Shown in pieces: positions 37,585-49,724 of a DNA stretch of 64,000 nt (position 1 is its first letter; every line of letters starts with the position of its first letter). The DNA comes from Callorhinchus milii (lineage: Eukaryota): the NCBI RefSeq assembly GCF_018977255.1, contig NW_024704743.1:13208001-13272000 (forward strand). The letters are read 5' to 3'. A program made the position numbers and the translations under genes. The notes beneath the pieces were generated by a model that was not told the DNA's origin, did not search any database, and saw only the letters and a list, made by a program, of their open reading frames with translations.

Positions 37585-38360
37585 TCACGTCTCAGATTGC
37601 TTTACTGACGGGGTTGGATATGAGCTGGGAAGGGGGAGAAAACTATAGGCTGGGTCAAAAAGATAGGTTTTAAGGCTGGACGTGAAGACACGTGAAGAGG
37701 GAGCGTGGGGATCGGGTATAGGGTGGGAGATCCAGAGGTTAGGGACATAGAATCTGAAAGCTCGACTGTCAGCGGTGGTGTAGATAGGGTGGGTATGGGA
37801 TGCGCAGACCGTCGGGAGTGAGCAGCGGAGTGGGATAGGATGAGACTGAGCTGACACACTCATGCAATGCTATGCGTGTGTTGCGTTGTCGAGGTGCCGT
37901 ATTTCAGATGAGAAGTTAAACTGAGGTTCCGCCTGTCTGTTCAGGTGGATGTTAAGCATCTTTTGGCACTATTCAAAATGGCTGTTTGTGAGATTTTGCT
38001 GTACACAGATGTGCTGCCGTGTTAGCCTACGAATACGGTCAATCCATTTTATCGTGATTCCTGTGATGTGCTTTGAGATAAAGCATTCTACTAAATCAAG
38101 GGTTATTACTATCAGATAGATAGGGAGGTGTTAGGGCTTGAAGAGATTTGTGATTGAGGACTTTGAAGTCAGTCGGCTGGAAAACAGTGGAACCTGGTGA
38201 GGAATGGGATTTTAGGCGTGTGGAGTTTGGTGCGGGTGAGGATACAGGTAGCAGAGTTTTGGATAAGTTAAGAGTTTATGGATGGTGGAGCTGGGAAGAT
38301 CAGTGAGGATTGCATTTGAGAAATCCAGATGGGAGATATCAAAGCTATGGTAAGGGTTTA
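37585..38360 (-). mobile_element. L2 fragments in intron 1, with a DeuSINE-like piece (~37880-38110, +) between them
   Basis: RAFRFYVPNLW...SSLKTYLF on the minus strand. Middle segment gaggtgccgtatttcagatgagaagttaaactgagg...caggtggatgttaa. Confidence 0.6.
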
Positions 38361-39331
38361 GGAACTGGGCTGCCAAGACCACTACAGAGGATCAAGTGAT
38401 TCCAATATTCCCTTGCTAAACAGGTTACCTTAGCTGTTGGATACTTTGATGTTGGAACTGTCAGTGTCCAGCATTTGGGTCTTACTTATCCATTTGAGTC
38501 CATTTGATTAGGCCAGAAGTGATCACCGGGATATATTTTACTGGATATATTTAACTCATGGATACTATACTCAGCAGTTCAAAGAACAGCAAGTGCATAA
38601 GCTATTTAATCATTTGGGACAAAGTATATTTGAACGTGGATGTTTTGAGGAAGGCGTTTTGTTTGTTTATTCTGTGCTCGTTGAGAATCATTCACTTACT
38701 CATCAAGACCACATATCTGCACTGGCAAATGTTGGACACATTCTGTCGCAGTGAAGTTATCACAGCAAATGGGTGGAGGTTAATGTGAAACTCACTCACC
38801 AGATTACAGTCTGGTTGTACTCAGCCTTTCTGCATACCCGAACACAGCTATCATACCATACACCAAGAGTAACAAGAACAATAGGATGCAATATCAGCCA
38901 AGGACATACCAGTTATGTATAGTACATGGATATTAAACTTGGTTAGTTATTGTGGCTCTGCAACAAGAAGAATTTATTGCTTCATGTTCATGGGAAACTC
39001 ACTAAGCAGTGATTATTTAGCAGCTGTAGTATTAGAGCAATGCTGAATAATAACAATATTGCTTGCATTTGATATGTTGCTTATTGTTGAGATGTCTCAA
39101 AGTGCTTCAAAGAATATACTGTAAAGTGAATTAACTGTATATTTTGTGGGTGAAACGCGATAGCCAATTGATAAGGGCACTGCTTATGTGTAAGAGGAAA
39201 ACAGATTTTATGACCTGCCATATACAGCACTCAAAGCACAGTCAGTAATTTGGTGAAAGGTGACAGAGATGATTTTAAAAAACAATCTGCTTATTTCATG
39301 TTTTGTTCCCCATTGCTCCAACTTCAGAGTT

Positions 39332-40076
39332 TTATAACCTGGGCCAATAGAAAAGTGTGGACGTTTGTGCAAAAATTGTGGAGCGCTTTACAAATCTTGC
39401 GGGAAATTGCGGAGGCTTTGCTAAATTTTGCCAGGAAATTGCTGGGGTTGATTGGTCCTATTGAGGTACATTTTACTGCTACATTTTTTATTGATAAAAG
39501 CTAAATATGAGGAAATAACACATTAGATTGTTACAAGAAAAATATTAATTGCCTTATTAAAAACTGGGTGGCCATTTGTTTGTGGGGGCAGGAAGCTACA
39601 GGCGCTCACCACCGCCTACCTATCAGGCTGGCATCGCACACAGACCCAGAGAGACACACACACACATTCAGAGACCCGGGGAGGACACACACAGTCACAC
39701 AGAGAGACTCAGAGACATATTCTCAGAGAGAGAGAGAGAGAGAGAAAGAAAGACACACCGGGATACAAAGATATATATATATATACACACCCACAGAGAG
39801 ACACACATTCACACAGAGAGACTCATAAACCCACACATACAGAAGAGACATAGACACACTCATATAGAGACAAACACACACACACAATCACAACAGCGGG
39901 GCCTCCGAGTGTACCCCATTTGCCGCTTGTACCACACTGCGAATGCAAGTCCGGAGCCTCTCTGCCCACAGTAATATCCCGAGGGCCAGAAACTACATTT
40001 ATGACGAGTTTGTAGCGGACAAGACACATTGTAGTGGAATATACAGCCCACACTTTTCTATTGGCCGAGGTTATAA
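39332..40076. mobile_element. Non-autonomous TIR element (~745 bp), superfamily unassigned
   Basis: TIRs ttataacctgggccaatagaaaagtgtgg / ccacacttttctattggccgaggttataa. Related copy at 48962-49724. Confidence 0.75.
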
Positions 40077-42034
40077 CCCTTGTCCTCTGACATTGTGAAT
40101 CGTTTCTCAGTTTAAAAAGGATGAAGCAAACTACTTTCTCCAAGACTTTTGCCACTTTTTATTTTCCAAAAACAATCCTTATGAAGAATGAGGGAAAGGT
40201 GTGAAAAGCATCTCCACCAAAGAATAGTTTTATTTTTTACCAAGAATTAAAATCAAGAACTGCTTTCAGTCACATATTAGATGGTTCATGTTCATGCTGA
40301 CAATGTTATAGTATCCTAAAATAGGACAGTGATACATTACTTTGTCTCACTGGATTTATTTGCAGTTTGGGTATTTTTTTTCTCTTTACCCCACTCCTAC
40401 CAATTCCGTGCCACACTTTTGCCTAAAAATACAGTGATTTACAATACAAAAAAAAATATTTGTACGGTGCCTTTCACGTCGGGAGAACGTCACAAGGCGC
40501 TGTTTGTGTAACAATGACATTATTCTCAGATGGTGATCTCGGTGAATCGTATTTCATTTGGGTATCATTGGCAAGATAATTTTTTTATTGTATTCCTTGT
40601 TAGCTAGGGTTGGGGGAGAGACTACTATGTATCACGGATGGGTGGGAGCACAATACTTGGATCCCTGAAGAAAGTACCTTTCTCATTAAAGTGATTGCAC
40701 TGTACTTTAGTTTTTGTAAAGATCAGGGTGATGTACATTTTTGTTATTATTTAATATATATTTGATGTATAGGATTATTGTAGAGTGATTATTGTGACTG
40801 ATTTCTCACCAAAAATAACTGTGATTCTATAAGACAAATTATTATTATTATTATTTCTTCTGAATACTGAATACACACTTGTCACAAATAATCCACATAA
40901 CTATTCAAAATCCACATAACTATTCAAAATTACATTTATTATTATTATTACTTTAATAGATTAAGTGGATTGTTGGAATCCAGGATTGCATTGGTTGGTT
41001 GTGTCGAAGGAACCAAATGGTTGTTTCACGTATGATGCTTCATTAAAGACTGGTGGATAAATTGAAATGTGTTGAAAACAGGCTGCATGTTTGCTGGAAC
41101 GCCACCGAATTTTGGGAAAAACCTGGTTACTATTATTTTGGATGAGCGAAACCATGATAGCACAAGTGAAACTGCCTTAGTACTGCTTAATGGTGCCGCA
41201 CTCCGGTACATCATAATGTGACTGTGTATAATCACATCAAAGGAGAATTGTGTTACCTCTGGATCACAAACTTCAAATTCCACTTGTCATCAAGTCTACT
41301 GTGGATCTGGGGTTGTATTGCATATATGCGTTTGATTTGGTCATGCTGGTGGTGATCTGGAGATGAAGATACTGACTCTGCTATGTCAAATGCTGAAATG
41401 TTTCACTGAATCTTTAGTTTGCTAGGCTGGACACATGGATACCATGTATAAGATGAAAATGACAATTTTAACCAGCTCCCCTTTTCAGCATGATGGCACA
41501 TTGACTATAGAGGCACTTCTTCAGAAAGTTATCCTTTGTGGAATGTTCCAATGTATCTGGATGTTCAACATGCGATTGGTTTGTTTTGATGTTTTGATTG
41601 ATATGAAGCGCAGCCCCGTGATTTGAAGCATCCTAGTTGCCAGTGGAGCTGGCTGGCTTTCTGCAAACATGTCACACATGTGTATACATACAAGACTTCG
41701 AGGCTGCAGGTTGGAATCTACTGTAACTTTTGGAACGTTGCAATTGGCTTAAATGACCGTGGGTTAGGGAAGGAAAAATCAGCAAGGTTTCTTTATTTGA
41801 GGACATAATTAGTGTTAGCTGTGATGCCCCCATGATTGAATGCCCTGGCAACATTCACTGTGAAGGTTGACAAATGATTACCCGATTAGAAAAGGGAGAA
41901 AAAAATCCAATGCCTTCAGAGGAAGGAGAAGGCAAGAAATTGGAGGGCAACAATAGAAATAATTTTATGTGTAAAATACAGTGTCTGGAATGTTTTGGAA
42001 TGATTATACATCTAATTATTGTGATTCTTTACAG

Positions 42035-42205
42035 AGATGTGGTACTGGGTTTTTCTTTGGGCCCTCTTCTCTTCTCTCTTTATCCATGGTGCTGTGGGCC
42101 TGCTGATGTTTGTAATGCTACAGCGGCACAAGCAAGGCAGAGTCATATCTGTGATAGCCATAGTCATCGGCTTTCTGGCGTCCATCACTGGAGGAATGAT
42201 CACCA
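42035..42205 (+). CDS. TMEM170B: TMEM170B coding exon 2 (EMWYWVFLWALFSSLFIHGAVGLLMFVMLQRHKQGRVISVIAIVIGFLASITGGMIT)
   Basis: Acceptor tctttacag| and donor A|gtaagt; 171 nt, phase 1-1. Hallmark TMEM170 motif EMWYWxFLWALFSS and two hydrophobic segments. Confidence 0.96.
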
Positions 42206-45200
42206 GTAAGTACAGTATGTTTGAAAAGCAAATAAACCTTTCAGCCTTGCATTAAATGGTAACAGGTTTACTTGCATCTTTGGATCTCTTTGTGGATGAA
42301 AACTGATGACATAAACTACAAATTCAATTGTGCCTTCTGCTGTTCAAGTGTTCCACATAAAAGGAATGGGTACAAAACTCTTCTGAATCAGCTTACCTTG
42401 ATGGATCGTGGAATGGTTGTGGTTGCTGTACATTTTGTGGTGATGTATTGAGTTATTGTGAGCTGCAATGTACAGTATGGTGCTGCTACAATGGGAATAG
42501 GTTGTAGAGTACAGTTGGTTCAATAAAAAACCTGCTGCAGCACGGATCTGCCTGGCTCAAGAACCAGCGTACCAAGAACAATGCAGATGATCGTCACCTG
42601 GAGCCAACTCAGCCTAACAGCCCCATTTACCCTCTTATGTCTTCCCAGCACCCACGAATAGTCAGTAGTTGATTGTTAAACATTAATTACCTCAGGTTTG
42701 AAGATTTGGTAGATAACTAGCTGGTACCAGGCACTTCTTGGTGTGTATTGTGTTAGTACAACTCAGCATGAAATGCTTGAGAGCATTGCCACCATCCTCC
42801 TACACACATTTCAAATGCACACCTTTACCCGTAGCAGTGACTCCACAAATTGACAGTGTGGAGCTTCAGCAGCAGCTCTGCATATCAGACAAGATAAGTA
42901 CTAAGTGTGTGTGTGTTCACAAATATGAACTCCAGGTACCACCTACAGCAGTTGTCCCAAGACAGCAAGTCTGTTGTCTGTCAAATCATGCTGTAACGTC
43001 CCCATGCACTTCCCAGGATTTATTATAAAATGGACTGGTTGTGTAGATGAATTTTCTCACAGCACTATCCCACAAACAGCCATGAAGCGAATGACCAATT
43101 TTATTTGGGTGGTTGATGGCCAGGACACCTTTTCATTTTGAATAGTGCCATGGGATCATTAACATCTCGTTCGAAGGATGGCACCTCCGACAATGTATCA
43201 CTCTCCCAGCATTGCACTAAAGCTGAAAAGCATTCAATATTGATTTATATTGAATTGTAGAGTGACATTTACAGCAATTTTGTGTTCAATTGATTATATA
43301 TTTTCCCTTGGACTGTCTGAACATATTTCTATGGAGTGAACTATTTAAAACTTACAAGGAAGAAACCAATTTCATGCAGCTTAAATTTGACTTCTTGACA
43401 AATACATTTACATCAAGTTATGCATCAATGTTACAGTATTTTGATTCTGATTGCGAATAGTTAGTTTCTAATTGTGCTGAAAAAGGCTAGTATTTATTTA
43501 AAAAATATAACATATTGGACTACTATTGCAATGTGTCTGAAATGCTCAGCTTTGCCATAGATAATTTAACAAGTGATTCACTCCTCATTGACTAAAGAAA
43601 AATATATAAATATAGTACTCAGGAAGTATGGGGTATTAAAAGAATTGAATAAAAGGCTGAAAACTGGGTTTAAAAAATATGCCATGATCTAATAAATTGG
43701 TGAAATAATCTCAGCAGGCTAAATGGTCTACTTCTGTTTGTATAATCCTATAATGCTAGTTGATTAGTGTACTGCAATGCAGATGCATTGATCTTGAAAA
43801 TGTTACTCTATTCATGGCATATGAATCCACATGTAGCACATGTGCATGAATGCAAAGCAAACCTTATGCAATCAGTATATTGCTTTTATCTGTAGTACAG
43901 TATTGACATTTCTTTAATGATCAAAGTAGGTTGTAGTTGTAGGGTATATTTATTGAACTGTGTTTGGAAGGGGTTGAAAACATTTGAGTTCTATATATAC
44001 ACATGATGATACAGCTCTTTCTTGCAAAGCGTTGGAAGTGAAGATATTTGAGTAGAATTTTGTTTCTCAAAATTTGAAACACGTGAAGTGTTTTTTCTTA
44101 GGCAGCAGTAACAACAACTAATTGCGCTGATAGACAAAGAATGTTAATAGTTTTTTTTTGTAACTTTTATTTTTTAAATATAGGGTGTTCACAAAGACCT
44201 GTTACCTCCATGTTAGTTTTCTACAGTGAACTGACTAACAACTGAAACATGTGGAAGAATGATAATTGTATTTAGAAGTACTTAATTGTATTCAGTACAA
44301 ATGTTTAATTTTATTTAGACATTCAGAGGATCAATGTGAACACTTTCATTTTCGTGGCAGATAATGTCTGTATCATGGATGGAGTGACGAGGAAGTTACT
44401 GGTATTGTTACACGCGACTCATTTGCAACAGAAAATAAAATTAATTGTAAGAAGCAAAATGGGGGGTGGGGGGGAATGGTGTAGCAGGACTTTGTGAATA
44501 CTCTGTGTGTTTGTTCTTTGGGTAATTTTAACATTTCACTTCCAATGCTATGTAATAGACTTAATCAGAAAAGTTTGGTGCAATGAAATGGCTGAATGAA
44601 AAATAAGTAAGGATCAACTGAAATACTGATGCATTTTTCAAATTTAAGCTGTTTGATAATCTCATGTAGATAATGGCAAGTCAATGCATTTCAAGGGGTG
44701 AAACTTTCAGGAAGAAGTGAAAGTAGTACGATTTGTCTCGATGTTTGAGCAGATGCATGGTGAACCAACATTTGCTTTATGTAACCTGCTGATGCTGGGT
44801 TGAAGATAGTGTTTGAGGATGGAGCATCACCTTCAGGTCATTAATATTCATTTTGGTGAAAATATGTTGGATGACGTTTCACATCCTTCCATCCAAGTTG
44901 GCAACCATGGGCTTCGCTGTTGAAATGATAGATTGCCCTTATTGATGCTCAGTTTCTCATTCAATTCCAGTTGAGGTATAGACAGAGATTGTTTGAGATA
45001 TTGGATCCAGATGACCATTTATAACAGGATTAACCTGTAGTAAGCATTAAATGGAACTTATTTGTTCCATTTGAACTCTTACAATAAGACACATTAATCT
45101 TGGTGATGCTTAAAGTTTGCAGTTCCTCCTCCTTACCACCTCCTATCTGTATGATCAGCATACACCCAAGCCTGTGCTCTCTACTCTTCTCTCTGGTTCT

Positions 45201-46795
45201 GCTTGTGTCCCACTTCTCCAATGCATCTCAGACACATGTTTTTAACCATGAACCCTCTATCTTTTCGATTACTACCTCTCTGCTTTCCAAAAATCCTTTC
45301 AGACAAATTATCTTGGCCTGCCTTTCAGACATCTAAGTTTTTCTGAATTATTGCAGCTTTTGAGAAGCATTTTTATGTAAATCAAGAATGACCACTAATA
45401 GCATTTCTTCAATTCCTGACCTTATGCTTCTCTTGCACTTTCAGTAGAATTGTATTGAAGAACATATGCTTGAACTTATTTTGCCCACAAAATACACAGG
45501 CAATTCACTTTACAGTATATTCTGTGAAGGGCTTTGAGAAGTCTTGAAGATGTGATAAGGTGCTATATCAAATGGATAGATTATTATTATTATAATTATT
45601 GACCAGAATTTTGTTTTTAAAATGGCAAATTCTTCATAATGTAATTATCCTTTCTTTTCTGAAGAATATGGTCGTAACTACATTTAGTGTCCATGGTTTA
45701 TCTGTGCCATTTGCATTATCTCACCACCTATAGCCCGGCACCAGAAAGTGACAATACTACCTCTGATTAAACAGAAAAAAAATACTTAAGCAAAAGTTGT
45801 GCTGTTGAAGTGGCATCTTACATTTATATACAAACAAATTATTGGGTTGTTTAAATGTGGTGTTTTTTTTTGCCACATCCAGGTCCTGGATGAGGTTGCC
45901 ATTGAGCGGGGAATTCACCCACTGCTGATTGGTGCTGCCTGTCCAGAGAACTGGAGTGCACAGAGCTGGTTAGTGCAGGTAATGGGAGTGCTGCTTCTGA
46001 ACAGCTTGCGATGGTTGATAGCACTGACTGGCCAGCGTGCCAAAGTTTTACTGCTTTCTGATGCCGTTGTTAGGGTTATTCACTCAGATTTTAGAACTTT
46101 TGTCATCGGCTCCCTAGATTTGGCAAACTATGATTAGACTAGATTAGCAACATGCTGTGTCATTTATTGTGTGATTTAACAGAAATGCTCATCTGACTAC
46201 TGTGTAAGTGGCCCAAAGTGTTGCATTGGAATTGTCAAACCAGCGAGGACCACCCTATCTGAATGCCTGTTTTTTACTGAAAGTGCAATTCTGTCATCGC
46301 CCAGTATTCAGAGATGGGGACTATAATGGGATCCGCTCTATGCAGTACATCTGTTCTTTTGTGCCTTTAAAACTGTAGGAATTGAATAAAATTAACTGTT
46401 TAAATTGACTTGTACTGTAAAATAAGTTGGTTTCAATAGCTGAATATGCAACCTTGCAGGTGGAGGAAGTCTTATTCATGAAAGTGCTAAGTAGCATGTT
46501 TTTTGAGTTCCCATTTAGTGGCATTTTATTACAGAATAGTCCATATATGACGTAAAAGTCCTTATACAGTATTTTTTCCGGACTATAGAGGAAATCATCC
46601 AAATGAATCAAGGATTTGAAGGTTTAGAATTATGAAAATATAGAAAAAAACTTTCTAAAAGTGGGGTAAAATTATAGGATGTTTCCTAACGAGTGAAAAA
46701 GAGAATGTTTGCTGGCCAAATCTGGGAAAGGGATGAATTTGCAGGGAAAAAAGATTTTTCAAACTCTTTGCGTAGTGGAGAGAGTAATATGGAGG

Positions 46796-47029
46796 CAAAC
46801 AAAAACAGAAGTCACTGGGAACACTCATCAGGTCAGGCAGCAGCTACAGAGAAAGGAAAGTGAGTCAACGTTTCGGGTCCATGACTCTTCGTCGGAACGG
46901 TTCTGACGCAGGGTCGTGGACCCGAAAAGTTGACTGACTTTCCTTTCTCCATTGCTGCTGCCCGACCTGCTGAGTGTTCCCAGTGACTTCTGTTTTCAGA
47001 TTTCCAGCATCTGCAGTATTTTGTGTTTG
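46796..47029. mobile_element. Short palindromic Penelope-like non-autonomous element with two hammerhead-like motifs
   Basis: ~96-bp inverted arms (46801-46897 / 46900-46996) plus an unpaired 33-nt end. Flanked by gtaatatggagg / gtaatatagagg. CTGACG(A)...GAAA cores in both arms. Confidence 0.75.
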
Positions 47030-48961
47030 GTAATATAGAGGGACTCCATTATCAATGATCTTTGTAGGTAGAGCAGCTCCAATTCAATGACCTGATAAGG
47101 CACTATATCAAATGCAGGTGTTATATTATGACCTGTTCTTTTGTGCCTAAAAGAATAAAATAAAAATAGTTCCCAAATATAAAAAGAGTTCCCATTTCTT
47201 TTTATATTTCAAACTACTGTAGTTGTGTTGCTTTGAGATTTCCAGGTAACAGCTCTGACAGTATGGGACAGCCACATACCCAATCTGTACAGTAAATTTA
47301 TGTGTCAGGTCAAATTTTATGCCCCAGCCAACTAAGCTTTTATGAACAGTATTTTTTTTACTAAATTAATATGGAAATGCGATTAGCACATTTTGTAAAA
47401 AAACAAATTCACTAGTTTTAACATAATATGTAGAATTTTCAGATGCCTGCAACCGTAATTTCCTGTTCAGTGTTTCCTATTGCTTCGCAAATGGTTGGGT
47501 GGAGCTGTTGAAACTTGGTTGGTATTTTTAGCACATTAAAAAAAACTGTGACATACTAAGGATAACACTAAATATTTTCCTGTAAATTAAGTTACAACAA
47601 AATAAAATCAACTTGTATGTTACTGCTGATTTGGACTATAGATTGACTGTAAATGTGGGATTTCATCCACTAGCTGCATGCTTTTCTGGAGGAAAACCAA
47701 GTCTACTTTACAGTTCTAAAGTGCTCTCTGCTCAATCATTTAAAATTATTTGAAAACTAATTTACCATAAATTATTGCATTTCAAATATACAGTACTGTA
47801 TAAGCAAAGGCTTTGCGATTGCAATTGTGAGATAATTAAACTTGTGAGTGGTACAGAACAGTATGAATTCCACTAGACCAACTTCCCTGTGAGGGATCGA
47901 TATATCAACAACTTACATTTATATAGAACTCTGCATTGAGGATAACATCTCTAAGCACTTCACAGTAGTTTACAAAGGCAGTCTACTCATTCTTCGTCAG
48001 TAAATACTGGATGTAGCCATGATGACTATGGACTTGCTTCTAAGCATTCTCGTGTTCATACATTGGCAAAAAATGTTAAGCTTTGTATTGCATATTTGAC
48101 TCAGAAGAAGCTTAAGCAACCAAATGAAATAGGCCATGAAATCTTCCCATCAAAATCACATAATAATAGTCCTTGCATTTGATATTCTTGCTAAGGCATT
48201 GAGACATCTTGAAGTGCTTCACAGAATATATTGCAACACGGGTTACTTCACTGCGTTGCCATGAACAAACAACACTGCTTACAGCGATTAAAAATTCAAC
48301 AATTGTACAACAGCTAAACTTGTAGCAGTCTGCTAATTACCCAACAGTTTGTTGTAATTTCATGATCACTTGAGCTGCGTAAAATATTATAAAAACTGTC
48401 TTGGATAGTTTGAAGTAGTTGGTCTAGTTTGATTTAGTTGTTAAGGTCTGCAGTTTCTTCCTCATAGAGTAAACTGTGATGTTCAATAATGTCTGTATCT
48501 GCATTATCCTCCAAATATCTGCTAGATCTATTATGATAGTAAAATACACTAGAATATAATTCTCTTTTGGTGCATAATGGATAATACTTCAAGAGTTGCA
48601 CTATGTGGACACTTCTTTCTTTTGTGCAAATTAATTTACTTTCCTGCTTTAGCCCCACCCACCCCACCACCTCTTTCCAAAGGTAGGGGACTTAAGCTGC
48701 CAAATGTCTCCACAGGCACCAGCAACCCCAGGTACCCAGGCCCAGTGACTGTCCACACGCATTCCAGCATGAGTGACTGGCTTACAATTTAAAATTGACT
48801 TCCTAGCCCAGAAAAATTGAAGCCAACTATGTCCACTGACCGTCTATTTGAGATCAACTGGCTCGACAGTATTTCTGGCTCTAAAGTTTAACACCATGGT
48901 ACTGTTTACTCAATAAGCTTCCTTTTTCTGCAGTTTATATAGCAACTCTTAAGTAGATAGC

Positions 48962-49724
48962 TTATACCCTGGGCCAATAGAAAAGTACAGAAATGTTCGC
49001 CCAAAAACGCAGAGCACTTTGCAGATATCACGCGGGGGGTGGGCTGGGTGGGGGTGGCTTGTTAAATTTTGCGGAAAATTGCAATGGGTTAATTGGTGCT
49101 ATTGAGAGACACATTTTGCTACTACCTACAATAGCAATGGTGTACTTGCAAACATGGTCAATTGTGTGATAGCAAACGTGGCATAACAACTGCCCCCCCC
49201 ACCCACCCCTTCATAAAGGTCATCTGGAGAGAGTACAATTCTATCTGAGGGACAGATGGAAAAAGACGTGCTGCCCCTTGGCTTCTTCCCGGGATTTACA
49301 AACAAGTTTGACATGTTTGTATTGTACAACCTAAAAAGTGAATCACCCCTGGTTCAAACTATAGGTGTGTATTTCCTGAAAATGTGGTTATGTTTCAAAT
49401 ACTAAATATTTTAATTTGAATAATACAGGACTTACCAAGAATTCATCACAGTCATCACAGTATGTGACGCAGCAGCTTTTCCTGTGGAGATTTACTCACC
49501 AGAGAAGTCGATTTCCCGCACACGCCGCTTCCTCGATCCCCAAATTCACAGCGCCGGCATGCACGCTCAGAGCCTCTCCAGCCAGAGTAGCTGCGTCAAG
49601 CAAATGGCGCGAGAGGCATGGGGTCTTTGTGGGAAGGTTAATACCCGAGGAGTTGTTTGTAGCGGACGAGGGTCGTTGTAGGGGAAAAGGTGCTCCCGCA
49701 CATTTCTATTGGTCCAGCTTATAA
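48962..49724. mobile_element. Second copy of the TIR element (~763 bp)
   Basis: ttataccctgggccaatagaaaagt / acatttctattggtccagcttataa. Shares both asymmetric subterminal regions with the first copy (e.g. taaattttgc..gaaattgc and tttgtagcggac). Confidence 0.7.

Noticed and set aside
40891..40930. Short exact tandem duplication (atccacataactattcaaa x2)
   Set aside because: Ordinary slippage duplication with no insert between the copies.
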